A stretch of 46,121 nt of DNA from Opitutales bacterium (lineage in GTDB: Bacteria; Verrucomicrobiota; Verrucomicrobiia; Opitutales; Seribacteraceae). The translations under genes and the position numbers were made by a program. The stretch lies in assembly GCA_049598825.1 (NCBI GenBank), contig JBMYOA010000001.1, positions 1 through 46,121 on the forward strand, given 5' to 3'. Below the pieces are notes generated by a model. It was not told the origin of the DNA. It worked only from the letters and a program-made list of their open reading frames with translations, and ran no database searches. Positions 35,318 to 46,121 of this stretch are shown in pieces (the first letter of the stretch is position 1; every line of letters starts with the position of its first letter).

Positions 35318-37777
35318 GTGATTTATCATCCCATCTTAAATATCCTACGAGCTGCTTTGGTTTCCCTCTGTTTATCTTCGCTTACCTCTGCGAATGCTGT
35401 TCCATTCCACGCAAAACAGATTCCGGCGGATTCTTATTTTGTACTTTCGCTCAAAACCAAAAAAATTATCTCGGACGCTTTTTTGCAAGACTCCCTTACC
35501 TGGGCCCCCATACTTAATGACTGGAGCAACACCAAACCAGAACTTATCGAATTTTTCATCGATCCAAATTCAAGCGGTTTAAACTTAGACCACCCTATTC
35601 ATTTCTTTTCCAGTCTACAGGGTATTCAAAAGCCTGACCCAATCATTGGAATATTTGCATCGGTAAAAAATCCGGACCTGGCAGACGCATCTCTTCATGC
35701 GATTGCTGAAAATTTTAAAATCCAAAAGAAACCGAGTGGCTATCCCCGTTTTGGCAGCGATAAGTTGCCCTATGAATTCGGAAGGAAAGGAAAATTTGCC
35801 TATTTTGTGGCTGTCATCAGCAGGACAAAACAAATCGGAGGCTTACCCAACGATGTTTATCTCGATGAAATCGTCAGAAACCTTCTGAAAAAGCCCTCTG
35901 AAAAAAAGATACCGACCCCTTTAATTAATCACTTTTCGAAACTCAAAGATGCATCGCTCTACTTGGATGGCACAGGTATCGTTCGTTTAGCAGAGGCTTT
36001 TTGGCCAAGTAATCAATGGCAAACCGCAGCACCCCTAATCGAAACAATCACCAACCGATCGATAGGAATCTATGCCAACAGTAATCAAGGAAATTTAAAA
36101 GTAGAAGCACGAAACCTACTTGAAAATAACCAATCCAAAGAAAATAAATCTTCCCCATCTGAAGCAATCCGACAAATCCCGGGAGACTCTCCATTAATTG
36201 CCAAATTGGATTTTGATTCGGATTCAATTAAAAAAATAGGATCACAATGGTTCGATCAAACCCTGAAAATGTTTTCAGGCGGACAAATGGATCTTTCTTT
36301 CCAAATCCCCGGCTTCAACTTAACAGCCAAGGATTTGCTTGATTCTCCAAGTGGTGAATGGATCCTTGGACTGGGCTCATTTAACACTGTTGTCATTCCC
36401 CCGAATGAAAGATTTCCGACAGGCGAGGTTCAACTAAACCCAGTCCTTTTAAGCGGTATCGGCTTAGCAGACAAAGAGACTCTCAGAAAGCTATCCATTG
36501 GTATGGAAAAATCCAATGCCCTCGGTTCAATCCTACGGATGAGAGGAATTGAAGTCATTGAAAAGGAAAAACATTTATGGTTTTCCAGTCCTGAATATAT
36601 CAGGGAGATTGGTTTTGATCGTACTCTTCGGTCGTTACCCGCAGAGAGAGAAAAATTTCTTAACTCCCATGAGTTCGCCCTCGACCTTCGGGTGCTTCCG
36701 CTCACCCAATCGATCCGCCGCAACCGCACGTTGCCTTATGATTATTACAAAATGCTCGATTGGCTGGAGCATATTTCCAATGTCCGGATTTTTTCTCAGA
36801 ATAACTCTCTCATCTTCAATTTTCGAATGTATGAAAAAACAGAGAATCCATTTCATACCCTACTTGATTTCCTGGGACAGGAAATGATTGACCGTCGAAA
36901 TGCCAGCCTTTACCAAGCCATCGCCCAAAATGACTTCCAATCCCTTCAGAAGGCAGTTCAAATGGGTGCGTTGATCAATGCTAACGATCATTTCGGTCAT
37001 TCTCCACTGCACTACGCTGCCTACAAAGGAAATGAAGGATTTGTGGATTTCCTTCTTCAAAATGGCGGCAATCCAAACGCCCGGAGCAAGCATTTATCCA
37101 CGCCCTTGCACAGTGCCGCCTGGGGCAGAAACCTCAAAGTTGCTGAAATCTTGCTGGAAGATGGAGCCGATGTGAACGCCGAAACCGATGAAGGTGAGAC
37201 CCCGGCCATGACAGCAGCCCTACGCGGGGAGAAAGATTTACTGGAAATCCTTTTTTCTTTATCAGCCGATCCGCATGCCAAAGATATCCATGGATCCAAT
37301 CTTTATGATCTCGCTTCGGCTGGTGGTCATATCGAAATTCTGGACCTCCTCGAATCCTTGCAGGTTAAAAACAACCACCCTTTCCATGCGGCAGCCGGCA
37401 AGGGCGATCTCAGGACCATCAAAAAGATGCTCAAAAACGGTAGATCTATAAATGAAAAAGATGCTTTTGGAGCGACACCCCTGATCATCGCAACGGTCTC
37501 AGGTAAAATAGACATCGTAAAATTCCTTCTTGGCAAAAAAGCAGATCCAAAAATCGAAGCCAAGGACGGATATACCATGATGCACGCTGCCGCTTTTTCA
37601 GGTAAGAAGGAACTTGTACAACTTGCTTATGACCTGGGGTTGGATATCAACGCCCGCTATGGCCAGGATGGAGTAACCCCCGTGGATGTGGGAGAGGATG
37701 CTAGCGAAGCCATGCCCTTTTTAGAGTCGCTGGGAGGAAGAAGGGGTTGGGAACTAGGCAGACAGCCGGCAAAGTAA
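35318..37777 (+). CDS. Secreted protein: ~520-aa uncharacterised N-terminal region + C-terminal ankyrin repeats
   Basis: Signal peptide; IPADSYFVLSL start; about 8-9 ankyrin repeats (GHSPLHYAA, STPLHSAA, GETPAMTAA, GATPLIIA, GYTMMHAAA). Confidence 0.85.
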   Translation: MIYHPILNILRAALVSLCLSSLTSANAVPFHAKQIPADSYFVLSLKTKKIISDAFLQDSLTWAPILNDWSNTKPELIEFFIDPNSSGLNLDHPIHFFSSLQGIQKPDPIIGIFASVKNPDLADASLHAIAENFKIQKKPSGYPRFGSDKLPYEFGRKGKFAYFVAVISRTKQIGGLPNDVYLDEIVRNLLKKPSEKKIPTPLINHFSKLKDASLYLDGTGIVRLAEAFWPSNQWQTAAPLIETITNRSIGIYANSNQGNLKVEARNLLENNQSKENKSSPSEAIRQIPGDSPLIAKLDFDSDSIKKIGSQWFDQTLKMFSGGQMDLSFQIPGFNLTAKDLLDSPSGEWILGLGSFNTVVIPPNERFPTGEVQLNPVLLSGIGLADKETLRKLSIGMEKSNALGSILRMRGIEVIEKEKHLWFSSPEYIREIGFDRTLRSLPAEREKFLNSHEFALDLRVLPLTQSIRRNRTLPYDYYKMLDWLEHISNVRIFSQNNSLIFNFRMYEKTENPFHTLLDFLGQEMIDRRNASLYQAIAQNDFQSLQKAVQMGALINANDHFGHSPLHYAAYKGNEGFVDFLLQNGGNPNARSKHLSTPLHSAAWGRNLKVAEILLEDGADVNAETDEGETPAMTAALRGEKDLLEILFSLSADPHAKDIHGSNLYDLASAGGHIEILDLLESLQVKNNHPFHAAAGKGDLRTIKKMLKNGRSINEKDAFGATPLIIATVSGKIDIVKFLLGKKADPKIEAKDGYTMMHAAAFSGKKELVQLAYDLGLDINARYGQDGVTPVDVGEDASEAMPFLESLGGRRGWELGRQPAK

Positions 37778-37790
37778 CCTGTCCATTCTT

Positions 37791-38528
37791 TTAATCTCTG
37801 GCCAAAAGCATCAGCTCTCGTCCTGCCGAAGATAGTTCCCGGTCAACCATTTTGGCTCCGGGCACCCACTCCTCAAGCAACTTCCAGTACTTAGATGAGT
37901 GATTCATGTGTTTCAAGTGAGCCAATTCATGATAGAGCACATATTCTCCAACAGCATAGTCCAAAAGCAGAATTCTCCAATTCAAGGAAATAACACGCTG
38001 AGAAGAACAGGAACCCCAGCGTGATTTTTGATTACCTACCCTTACTTTTTTATATGTGACCCCGACATTTTCGGCACAGCGGTCAAGTCGGGATGGCAAA
38101 TAAACCCGGGCCAATTGAAGCATGAAGGAAAGTATGGAACTCTCTTTGTTCGCATCTGACGGCAAAGTCACCTCGATTAAATCAGCCGTAATTTGATGAA
38201 TGATTTTTTTGCGAGATTCCGAAAAATCGAAAATTATATTCCTTGGATGGTGATCAAGAAAAACTAAAGGTTTTCGTTCGAGAAATTCACTCAGTTCAAC
38301 CTGCACCGGCATGCCGACTGTCTTTTTACGAATCCAATCGATTCGGCTGGCAAGAAACTTTTTGGCTTCAGATATACTTCCTCGTGAGGGAACATTCAGG
38401 ACCACCTGGTTATACGAAGTGATCCGCAATGAGATTCTTCTCGCACGTCGGTTTCTTTTAATCAGGCAGATTACTTCGCGATCTCCAAAACTCAGGGTAT
38501 TGGATTCGACCACATCATCCTCTGACAT
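37791..38528 (-). CDS. YgjP/DUF45 family zinc metallohydrolase
   Basis: RARRISLRI, QKSRWGSCS, ISLNWRI, YVLYHELAHLKHMNHS. Confidence 0.92.
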   Translation of the reverse strand: MSEDDVVESNTLSFGDREVICLIKRNRRARRISLRITSYNQVVLNVPSRGSISEAKKFLASRIDWIRKKTVGMPVQVELSEFLERKPLVFLDHHPRNIIFDFSESRKKIIHQITADLIEVTLPSDANKESSILSFMLQLARVYLPSRLDRCAENVGVTYKKVRVGNQKSRWGSCSSQRVISLNWRILLLDYAVGEYVLYHELAHLKHMNHSSKYWKLLEEWVPGAKMVDRELSSAGRELMLLARD

Positions 38529-38540
38529 CAGTAACCGGAT

Positions 38541-39212
38541 CTACGCGGGAGTATCCTCCGCCTCCTGCATTTGTTTTGAGGCAAAATCTCGCAAGCATGC
38601 TTCCGGGTCCAGACCAGACTTTCGACAAGCCGCAACCAACTCAAAAAGAGCCCGTCCAGCCTTCTCCTGATCCATGTTTTGAGCCATCGAGTCAATTTTG
38701 CCCTTATCCAAAGACAACCGATCATCTACATCTGCTTTTTCCGCTCTTTTGTAAATGTCGTTAGCAAACAGTAGAGCTGGGAGACGGGGAGGTAGTTTCT
38801 TAAAAATCGATGGATTTTCATTGGATATACCCTTTTGTTTTTTTTCTTCGGCCTTTACTTGCTCCCATCGATCAACCACCTGATCTGCCTGATCGATGGT
38901 TCCTTTTTCATCCCCAAAAACATGAGGATGTCGCCTAACTAATTTGTCACTGATTCCCCGGGCAACATCTTCAATATCAAAATTTCCATTTTCTTTGGCA
39001 ATTTGAGCATGAAAAACAACCTGTAGAAGTAAATCTCCCAACTCCTCCTCCAAAAGCTCCATATCATCCTCATCAATGGCCTCCAAGGTTTCCGACACTT
39101 CCTCAATCAAACAGCGGGTCAAAGATTGATGCGTTTGCTCCTGATCCCACGGACATCCTTCAGGGCTACGAAGGTGGGCCATAATTTCCATTAGTCGTTG
39201 TAATTCGCTCAC
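38541..39212 (-). CDS. mazG: MazG family nucleoside triphosphate pyrophosphohydrolase
   Basis: LRSPEGCPWDQEQTHQSL, EEVSE, EELGDLLLQVVFHAQIA, KLVRRHPHVF; the second MazG domain is shortened. Confidence 0.93.
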   Translation of the reverse strand: MSELQRLMEIMAHLRSPEGCPWDQEQTHQSLTRCLIEEVSETLEAIDEDDMELLEEELGDLLLQVVFHAQIAKENGNFDIEDVARGISDKLVRRHPHVFGDEKGTIDQADQVVDRWEQVKAEEKKQKGISNENPSIFKKLPPRLPALLFANDIYKRAEKADVDDRLSLDKGKIDSMAQNMDQEKAGRALFELVAACRKSGLDPEACLRDFASKQMQEAEDTPA

Positions 39213-39286
39213 GACTTGTCATTCTGAATTTATCTCATGATTCTGGCAACGAATTCCAACATCACTAGCTAATTCTCTTTCAAATA

Positions 39287-40087
39287 ATGGATAAACTCGA
39301 TGAAATCATGGAGTGGAAGCGTAAGGAAATCGCTCCAAAAATTCGACCCGTCTCGGAGAGGGAACTCTCCCAACTGGGCGAACGGCTTCAGGGAAAGACC
39401 ACCTTTTATGATGCGTTGGCCAAACCGGATGAATTATCAGTGATTGCGGAAATTAAGAGAAAATCTCCTTCGGCTGGTACAATTGCTGAAAATGCCTCCG
39501 CCATTGATCAGGCCAGAACCTATCAAAATGCCGGGGCGGATGCCATGTCTGTCCTGACGGATGATAAATTTTTTGGAGGACAGATGGAAGACCTCTGGGA
39601 AGTGAATGAATTTTTATCCCAGCATCAGAGAAACACTCCCACGATCCGCAAGGATTTCATGATCGAACCGATTCAGGTTTTGGAAGCCGTTGAAGCTGGC
39701 TCGCAGGCGATCCTTTTGATTGTAAGGGCTCTCACCAATGATGAGCTGAAAAGACTTAGAGAATGTGCAGATATAGCCGGGATTGATTGCCTCTATGAAA
39801 TCCATACGGAAGCCGAACTCGAAAAAGCTCTTCCTCACAACCCCAGGATCCTCGGAGTTAACAACCGCGATCTGGCCAGGTTTGTGACCGATCTTTCCGT
39901 TACCGAAAAGTTATTTCCGCTGATCCCGGAGGGTATCATCAAGGTGAGTGAAAGTGGTATTCTTTCCCCTGAAGATGCCTGGCGGGTGGAAGATGCGGGA
40001 GCCGATGCCGTCCTTTGCGGAGAAGCCCTGATGCGGGCCGATGATACAGAGTCCTTTATTGCAGAAATGAAAGCTCTGGAGGAATAA
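39287..40087 (+). CDS. trpC: Indole-3-glycerol phosphate synthase
   Basis: IAEIKRKSPSAG, SVLTD..FFGG, RKDF, GVNNRDL, SESGI. Confidence 0.97.
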   Translation: MDKLDEIMEWKRKEIAPKIRPVSERELSQLGERLQGKTTFYDALAKPDELSVIAEIKRKSPSAGTIAENASAIDQARTYQNAGADAMSVLTDDKFFGGQMEDLWEVNEFLSQHQRNTPTIRKDFMIEPIQVLEAVEAGSQAILLIVRALTNDELKRLRECADIAGIDCLYEIHTEAELEKALPHNPRILGVNNRDLARFVTDLSVTEKLFPLIPEGIIKVSESGILSPEDAWRVEDAGADAVLCGEALMRADDTESFIAEMKALEE

Positions 40088-40112
40088 ATATTTCCCCCTT
40101 CCCTTTTTTCAC

Positions 40113-40958
40113 ATGCCCCTGAGTCCATCCGAGACCACTTCATTGCTTGAGCGTCTCGGGCATCTCCCCAAAAAGAAACTCGGGCAGAATTTTCTGATTG
40201 ATGGAAATATTGTCGAGAAGTCCTTGCAGTTGGCTGACCTGCCTGCATCTGGTGATGTCGTGGAAATCGGTCCGGGGCTGGGAACACTCACAAGGAAACT
40301 TTTGGATGCGGGGCAGACCGTTCACTCGGTTGAGATCGACTACCGTCTCGCAGAAAATATCGAGAAAACCGAAGCCGAAGCCATCCAACAGGGCAAATTA
40401 ATCCTATCCCGTGCGGATGCCGTTAAAATGCCACTTGGCTCACTTCCTGATTCTGTCACCAACTATGCCATCGTTGCCAATTTGCCCTATGCGATCTCCT
40501 CTGCGTGGCTTGAATCCGTTCTCAATACCCAAAGACTGCCCACGCGAATGGTGCTAATGATGCAGAAGGAAGCAGTCGAAAGAATCTGGGCTAAACCGGG
40601 AACCAAGGAATACCATGCTCTGAGCATTTTCATTTCAAACACTTATCAACTAACGGAGAAGCATGCCGTCTCCAGAAAATGCTTTTACCCGGCCCCAGCA
40701 GTTGATTCCATGCTCATCAGGATGGACCTTAAGGAGGATGCATTTTTATTTTCATCCGCCACCCGGGCTCTTATTCGAAAAATTTTTACGCAAAGAAGAA
40801 AACAACTGGGTTCCCTTGCCAGAAAAGAGGCTCCTGGGATCAAAGAAATAATTTTACAATGGCTTGCTCAAGGAGAACATCCATCCTCCTCACGTCCTGA
40901 ACAGATTCCTTCTTCCGACTGGAAAAGACTGGGAGAGTTATTGGGGGCTATGGATTAG
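40113..40958 (+). CDS. rsmA: 16S rRNA m6(2)A1518/1519 dimethyltransferase
   Basis: [43 protein letters not shown]. Confidence 0.96.
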   Translation: MPLSPSETTSLLERLGHLPKKKLGQNFLIDGNIVEKSLQLADLPASGDVVEIGPGLGTLTRKLLDAGQTVHSVEIDYRLAENIEKTEAEAIQQGKLILSRADAVKMPLGSLPDSVTNYAIVANLPYAISSAWLESVLNTQRLPTRMVLMMQKEAVERIWAKPGTKEYHALSIFISNTYQLTEKHAVSRKCFYPAPAVDSMLIRMDLKEDAFLFSSATRALIRKIFTQRRKQLGSLARKEAPGIKEIILQWLAQGEHPSSSRPEQIPSSDWKRLGELLGAMD

Positions 40959-43900
40959 GCAACAACGCCGGCCCCGCAGCATTTCTTATATTTTTTACCA
41001 CTTCCACAGGGACAGGGATCATTGCGTCCAACTTTGGGTGCCTCTCTCACCACCGGAGTGGCAATTTGCGGAGCTTCCGATTCCTGCTGTGCAGCAGCGG
41101 GACCACCCTGCCCTCCCTTAAAATTATCAAACCCGGCATTCCCTGATTCGGGCCCTGTTGTTTTGGCCACTCCTGAAAGAGAAGACAGCATATTTTCAAA
41201 TGCGGCCAGGTTGGTGGATGAGCGGAATAAGCCGGTGCAAACTTCTGATCTCATCCCCCCCATCATTTCCTCAAATGCACGAAAAGCCTCATTTTTGTAC
41301 TCACTCAGAGGATCTTTTTGCCCATAACCACGAAGGCCCACACTTCTTCTCAGCTCCTCCATCTCGGTAAGATGGTCCTGCCAATGGACATCCACCGCAT
41401 TGACCACCACATATCTTTCCAGGGATAGAATCTGATCTGGATCCTCCAGTTTTCTTTTGGCATCGTAAGCGGTTTTTATTTTCTCAAATAAATGATCACG
41501 GGCTTCCTCAAAAGATTTTCCGGTAAATTCCTCCAGCTTTACGGATAGAGGAAAAGTAACATTCACCCAGGAAGCGATGAGCGATTCAAATTGAGGCATC
41601 TGCGAAGTATTATCGACCCCAAACTCCTCAACCGGAACGGTCGCGAGACGGCTATCCAATTCCTCTTCCACCAGTTCAAAAATGATTTTGCTCGGTTCCT
41701 CCTCAAGCAGGACATCATTACGGATTGAATAAACAATTTCCCGCTGACGGTTTAGCACATCATCATACTGCAGGAGACGTTTACGGATGGAGTAATTTTG
41801 CTGCTCCACCTTCTTCTGGGCATTTTGGATCGACCAGTCGAGGGTACCATGTTCGAGCATATCATCATCCCCGAAGGATTTTTCCAGCATCTTGGCCAGG
41901 GCACCCTGGTTGGCAAACAGCCTCATCAAATCATCTTCCAAAGAAACATAGAACCTGGACCCACCGGGATCTCCCTGACGGGCACAACGTCCACGCAATT
42001 GACGGTCGATTCTACGGGACTCATGCCTTTCGGTTCCCAATACCAAAAGCCCGCCGAGTTCTTTTACGCCTTCACCCAATTTAATATCCGTACCACGACC
42101 TGCCATATTGGTGGCGATGGTCACCGCCCCTTTCTGTCCAGCCTGGGCAACAATTTCCGCTTCCCTCTCGTGAAATTTTGCATTCAGAACGGTGTGGCGA
42201 ATATTGGCACGTTTCAGCATGCGGCTAAATACTTCTGAAGACTCGACCGAAGCCGTTCCGATGAGGACGGGCTGTCCCTTTTTATTGGCTTCCACTAAAT
42301 CTTCCAACACCCGGTTAAATTTCTGTCTTCTTCCCTTGAACATCAGATCATTCAAGTCTTCCCGCACGCATGGGCGGTGAGTCGGTATCACCATCACACC
42401 CAAACGATAAATATCGTGAAATTCCCCAGCTTCCGTCTCCGCGGTACCAGTCATTCCCGCCAGCTTGTCATACATCCGAAAATAATTCTGAATCGTGATC
42501 GTTGCGTAGGTTTTGGTTTCCTTCTCGATCTGGACATTTTCCTTCGCTTCCACCGCCTGGTGTAAGCCATTACTCCATCGGCGACCCGGCATCAGACGTC
42601 CGGTATTCTCATCCACGATCATCACCTTCCCCCCCTGCACCACATATTGCTTATCCTTTTCGTACAAGCCATATGCCTTGAGTAATTGGGAAACGGTGTG
42701 GATACGCTCACTCCTCACCTGAAAATCACGCTCAGCGGTCTCCCGCTCCCTGCGCTTATCATCATCCGAAAGATCTTTTTTCCGGTCTATCTCCACATAC
42801 AATGTGGCCAGATCCGGGATCACAAACCCATCAGGATCACTTGGGCTGATCAAGGTTCGTCCTTTTTCCGTAAGATCAGACTGCTGGTTCTTTTCGTCGA
42901 TCACATAGAGCAGTTCTTCCTTTAAATTATGAGCACGCTCCTTGTTGTAATCTGAATTCATATCGAGATCGAATTTCTCAAATCTCTTACGGATCGCGGC
43001 ATCCTCCATCATCCGCATAAACTGACGATGGGTCGGCATTCCTCTCTTTACCTGAAAAAGTTTGGCGGTTGCTTCATCGGCGGCCTCATCATCCAAGTCC
43101 TCCTTGGCAAAGGCCCGTTTTGCCTCTTCGGCCAACTGATTGCACTGCTTAAGCTGACCATCAAAAAGTTTGGTCACCAGTGGTTTCATTTCCATGAATG
43201 GAAGAGGATGGTCTTCCCGCATGGGACCGGAAATAATCAAAGGTGTTCGTGCCTCGTCGACCAGGATGGAGTCCGCCTCATCAATGATACAGAAATAGTG
43301 ATCCCGCTGCACCTGGTCATCAATGCAGGTGGCCATGCCGTTGTCGCGAAGGTAATCAAACCCGAATTCAGAGGCCGTACCGTAAGTAATATTTTTTTTG
43401 TACATCTCGCGACGCTCGGCCGAAGGCATACTGTTTTGAATACAACCAACCGAAAGACCCAAAAATTCAAAAAGGGCACCCATCCAATGAGAGTCCCGAC
43501 GGGCGAGGTAATCATTGACGGTCACCAACTGGCAATTTTTACCACTCAAGGCATTCAGATACAGGGGACAGGTCGAAACCAAGGTCTTTCCCTCCCCTGT
43601 GGCCATCTCCGCAATATGCCTTTCATGCAGGGCGATTCCCCCGATCAATTGCACATCGTAATGCACCATCTGCCATTCGATCGGATGATCGCAGACTGAA
43701 ACCATTTGTCCGCACATTCGACGGGCGGCATTTTTTACGGTGGCAAATGCTTCAGGCAAAATATCTTCAAGCGTCTCCCCCTTTTCTACCCGGTCCATAA
43801 ATTCCTGAGTTTTTGCCTGTAATTGCTCCGTGCTCAGTGACTGGTATTCCTTTTCGATCTCATTGATTTTATTAACCAACGGGGCACATTTTTTGAGGAA

Positions 43901-43963
43901 CTTCTTGTGGTGTCTGCCTTTAAGGGACTTGAAAATCGACTGAACGGGGCTGAATAAATTCAT
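40955..43963 (-). CDS. secA: Preprotein translocase subunit SecA
   Basis: [61 protein letters not shown]-terminal [22 protein letters not shown]. Confidence 0.99.
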   Translation of the reverse strand: MNLFSPVQSIFKSLKGRHHKKFLKKCAPLVNKINEIEKEYQSLSTEQLQAKTQEFMDRVEKGETLEDILPEAFATVKNAARRMCGQMVSVCDHPIEWQMVHYDVQLIGGIALHERHIAEMATGEGKTLVSTCPLYLNALSGKNCQLVTVNDYLARRDSHWMGALFEFLGLSVGCIQNSMPSAERREMYKKNITYGTASEFGFDYLRDNGMATCIDDQVQRDHYFCIIDEADSILVDEARTPLIISGPMREDHPLPFMEMKPLVTKLFDGQLKQCNQLAEEAKRAFAKEDLDDEAADEATAKLFQVKRGMPTHRQFMRMMEDAAIRKRFEKFDLDMNSDYNKERAHNLKEELLYVIDEKNQQSDLTEKGRTLISPSDPDGFVIPDLATLYVEIDRKKDLSDDDKRRERETAERDFQVRSERIHTVSQLLKAYGLYEKDKQYVVQGGKVMIVDENTGRLMPGRRWSNGLHQAVEAKENVQIEKETKTYATITIQNYFRMYDKLAGMTGTAETEAGEFHDIYRLGVMVIPTHRPCVREDLNDLMFKGRRQKFNRVLEDLVEANKKGQPVLIGTASVESSEVFSRMLKRANIRHTVLNAKFHEREAEIVAQAGQKGAVTIATNMAGRGTDIKLGEGVKELGGLLVLGTERHESRRIDRQLRGRCARQGDPGGSRFYVSLEDDLMRLFANQGALAKMLEKSFGDDDMLEHGTLDWSIQNAQKKVEQQNYSIRKRLLQYDDVLNRQREIVYSIRNDVLLEEEPSKIIFELVEEELDSRLATVPVEEFGVDNTSQMPQFESLIASWVNVTFPLSVKLEEFTGKSFEEARDHLFEKIKTAYDAKRKLEDPDQILSLERYVVVNAVDVHWQDHLTEMEELRRSVGLRGYGQKDPLSEYKNEAFRAFEEMMGGMRSEVCTGLFRSSTNLAAFENMLSSLSGVAKTTGPESGNAGFDNFKGGQGGPAAAQQESEAPQIATPVVREAPKVGRNDPCPCGSGKKYKKCCGAGVVA

Positions 43964-43978
43964 AAAGGTAAGAATTTT

Positions 43979-44911
43979 TTATTCTTTAATAATTTCTCGA
44001 AAGTAAGGAATGGTGCGGTCCAACCCGGCAGTCAATTCGACGGACGGATTCCAGGACAAAAGTTTCTGGGCAAGCGAAATATCTGGCTTCCTCTGGGTCG
44101 GGTCATCCGCAGGCAGAGGTTCCTGCGTAATCTTGGATGTGGTCACGATTCTTCCCAATACCGCTTCCGCCAGCTGGCGGATGGTGAATTCTGTGGGATT
44201 CCCCAGATTGACAGGCCCAACTGATTCTTCCTGTTCCATCACCCCCATCATGCCATCGATCAAATCATCAACATAACAAAAGGAACGGGTCTGCGAACCG
44301 TCACCATAAAGAGTAAGATCTTCTCCCCGGATTGCCTGTACAATAAAATTGGAAACCACCCGTCCATCATCCGGTCTCATTTTGGGACCGTAGGTGTTAA
44401 AAATACGGATCACCCGGATATCCACCTTATTTTCCCTGTAATAGTCAAAAAAGAGGGTCTCCGCACAACGCTTCCCCTCATCATAACAGGAACGCAATCC
44501 AATCGGGTTCACATTTCCCCGATAGGATTCCGGTTGTGGATGGACTTCCGGATCACCATAGATTTCAGAAGTCGATGCCTGTAAGATTCTGGCCCCCACT
44601 CTCTTAGCCAAGCCCAGGCAATTGATTGCTCCCATCACCGATGTTTTGACCGTTTTGATCGGGTTGTATTGATAATGGATCGGAGATGCCGGACAGGCGA
44701 GGTTGTAGATCCGGTCCACTTCCACCTTGAAGGGATCGACCACATCATGCCTCATCAGTTCGAAATTCTTATAATCCAACAAATGGGAGATGTTTTTACG
44801 GCGACCGGTGAAGAAATTGTCCAGACAGATGACTTCCTCGCCCTGCTTGACAAGGCGTTCACACAAATGACTTCCGAGAAAACCGGCTCCTCCTGTAACT
44901 AATGTTGGCAT
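43979..44911 (-). CDS. UDP-glucuronate decarboxylase (UDP-xylose synthase) family SDR
   Basis: [53 protein letters not shown]. Confidence 0.95.
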   Translation of the reverse strand: MPTLVTGGAGFLGSHLCERLVKQGEEVICLDNFFTGRRKNISHLLDYKNFELMRHDVVDPFKVEVDRIYNLACPASPIHYQYNPIKTVKTSVMGAINCLGLAKRVGARILQASTSEIYGDPEVHPQPESYRGNVNPIGLRSCYDEGKRCAETLFFDYYRENKVDIRVIRIFNTYGPKMRPDDGRVVSNFIVQAIRGEDLTLYGDGSQTRSFCYVDDLIDGMMGVMEQEESVGPVNLGNPTEFTIRQLAEAVLGRIVTTSKITQEPLPADDPTQRKPDISLAQKLLSWNPSVELTAGLDRTIPYFREIIKE

Positions 44912-44972
44912 AACTTTAAAAGGGATACCCTATCAGGAACTTGAATTTTGGAAACCTTCTTTTATCAGATTC

Positions 44973-45857
44973 TTAGGATGCATTGATCTCGCGCAAAATC
45001 TTCATCAATGCCTGGGTTCCATCGTTTTCCCAGTCGTGAGAATGTGCCAGTGAATAGAACCGTTGGGCCAAAGCCAGACCTTCCAGATTCAATCCCATCC
45101 GAGAGGAATCATCCAGGGCAATTCTCATATCCTTCAAAAAGTGTTTAATGTAAAACCCGGGTGCCCAGTCTTCCTTCACGATTCGCGGGCCCAGGTTATT
45201 GATCGACCAACAACCCGCCGCCCCCTGGCCTATCAATTCAATCACTTCTGAGACATTCAGTCCCGCCTGCTCCGCATAAAGCATCGATTCGACCATGCCC
45301 ACCATCGTCGACGCGATCAGGATCTGATTTGACATCTTTACCCGTTGCCCTGAACCCGGCCCACCAAAATACTTAATTTTATCACCGAGAATTTGCAGGA
45401 ATGGCTCAGCCCTGGCAAAAGCTTCCTCTTCTCCCCCGCACATGATCGCCAAGGTGCCACCCTTCGCTCCAATATCTCCCCCGCTCACCGGTGCATCGAG
45501 GGAAAGAACCGTACTTAGAGATGCCTTCTGTGCAATCCGTTCAGCTAAATCAGGACTGGATGTGGTAAAATCAATCAGCAGACTCCCCGGTTTCATACTC
45601 GCCAACGCACCCTTTTCTCCCAGCACCACTGATTCCACATCCTCGGGATACCCAACCATCGTACAAAGAACATCCACTCGGCTGGCCAGATCCTGAATAT
45701 CCTCCACCCATTGGGCACCAGCTTTCAGCACTTCATCAGCCTTTTCTTTTGTTCGGGTATAAACGAATACCTCATACCCGGCTTTGCGAAGATTACAGAC
45801 CATCGGCGATCCCATCACGCCCAGTCCGATCCATCCAATCTTTGGTTTTGTACTCAT
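44973..45857 (-). CDS. NAD-dependent beta-hydroxyacid dehydrogenase (3-hydroxyisobutyrate/tartronate semialdehyde reductase family)
   Basis: [22 protein letters not shown], catalytic VKMSNQ, FLKDM. True start is ATG 45857; the ORF-track extension runs through the tRNA. Confidence 0.93.
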   Translation of the reverse strand: MSTKPKIGWIGLGVMGSPMVCNLRKAGYEVFVYTRTKEKADEVLKAGAQWVEDIQDLASRVDVLCTMVGYPEDVESVVLGEKGALASMKPGSLLIDFTTSSPDLAERIAQKASLSTVLSLDAPVSGGDIGAKGGTLAIMCGGEEEAFARAEPFLQILGDKIKYFGGPGSGQRVKMSNQILIASTMVGMVESMLYAEQAGLNVSEVIELIGQGAAGCWSINNLGPRIVKEDWAPGFYIKHFLKDMRIALDDSSRMGLNLEGLALAQRFYSLAHSHDWENDGTQALMKILREINAS

Positions 45858-45873
45858 TTCGGAAAGAAAAATT

Positions 45874-45952
<79 letters not shown>

Positions 45953-46076
45953 CTATATGCACGAGTGCATTCTCGTAAAATGCTCGAATGCTGACCATCC
46001 GTCAAGAGATAAGCCCTGACGGCAAGAGTGGTGTTTTTTACCATGAAGGGAGATAAGAGATGAGATTTCTCATTTT

Positions 46077-46115
46077 GTCATTGCGAGGAGGACAGAATGG
46101 ACGACGCGGCAATCC
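46077..46115. repeat. REP/RPE-like palindromic element
   Basis: GTCATTGCGAGGAG...GACGCGGCAATCC resembles the widespread GTCATTGCGAG...GCAATC palindromic repeat family; only one copy is visible in this window. Confidence 0.55.
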
Positions 46116-46121
46116 ATCGTG

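Noticed and set aside
42680-43200. Extra helical segment in SecA relative to E. coli
   Set aside because: Longer SecA proteins with such insertions are known in PVC and Bacteroidota lineages; no intein motifs seen.
43028-43699. 223-aa plus-strand ORF and other ORFs inside secA
   Set aside because: Antisense shadows of a highly conserved gene; no independent coding signal.

Overview
A gene-dense bacterial chromosome segment, most likely from a Verrucomicrobiota (Opitutales-like) genome. That placement is inferred from DapL, a planctomycete-type cytochrome c-LRR protein, a HEAT/PQQ-propeller pair, a long SecA and Pal proteins with a CDWxG motif. It holds about 48 CDSs, mostly housekeeping, metabolic or envelope genes (dapL, purH, apaG, rph, ribE, thiN, mazG, trpC, rsmA, secA), plus tRNA-Pro(GGG). 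I saw no integrase, transposase, phage structural gene or CRISPR array. The best candidate for an undescribed system is a five-gene, all-exported envelope operon at 26176-30670: CsgG-like+PEGA, CsgG-like+FlgT-C, a COG3014-like lipoprotein, a YcfL-like lipoprotein and an LpoB-like lipoprotein, preceded by a perfect 7-5-7 palindrome. Other notable items are an unannotated 25-aa micro-lipoprotein with its own promoter-like signal, tandem Pal paralogues away from tol genes, a coiled-coil+beta-barrel outer membrane protein, a coupled apaG/beta-CASP/rph cluster, a MazG-YgjP pair and a REP/RPE-like palindrome next to the tRNA. All family calls come from motif recognition by eye; no database searches were run.
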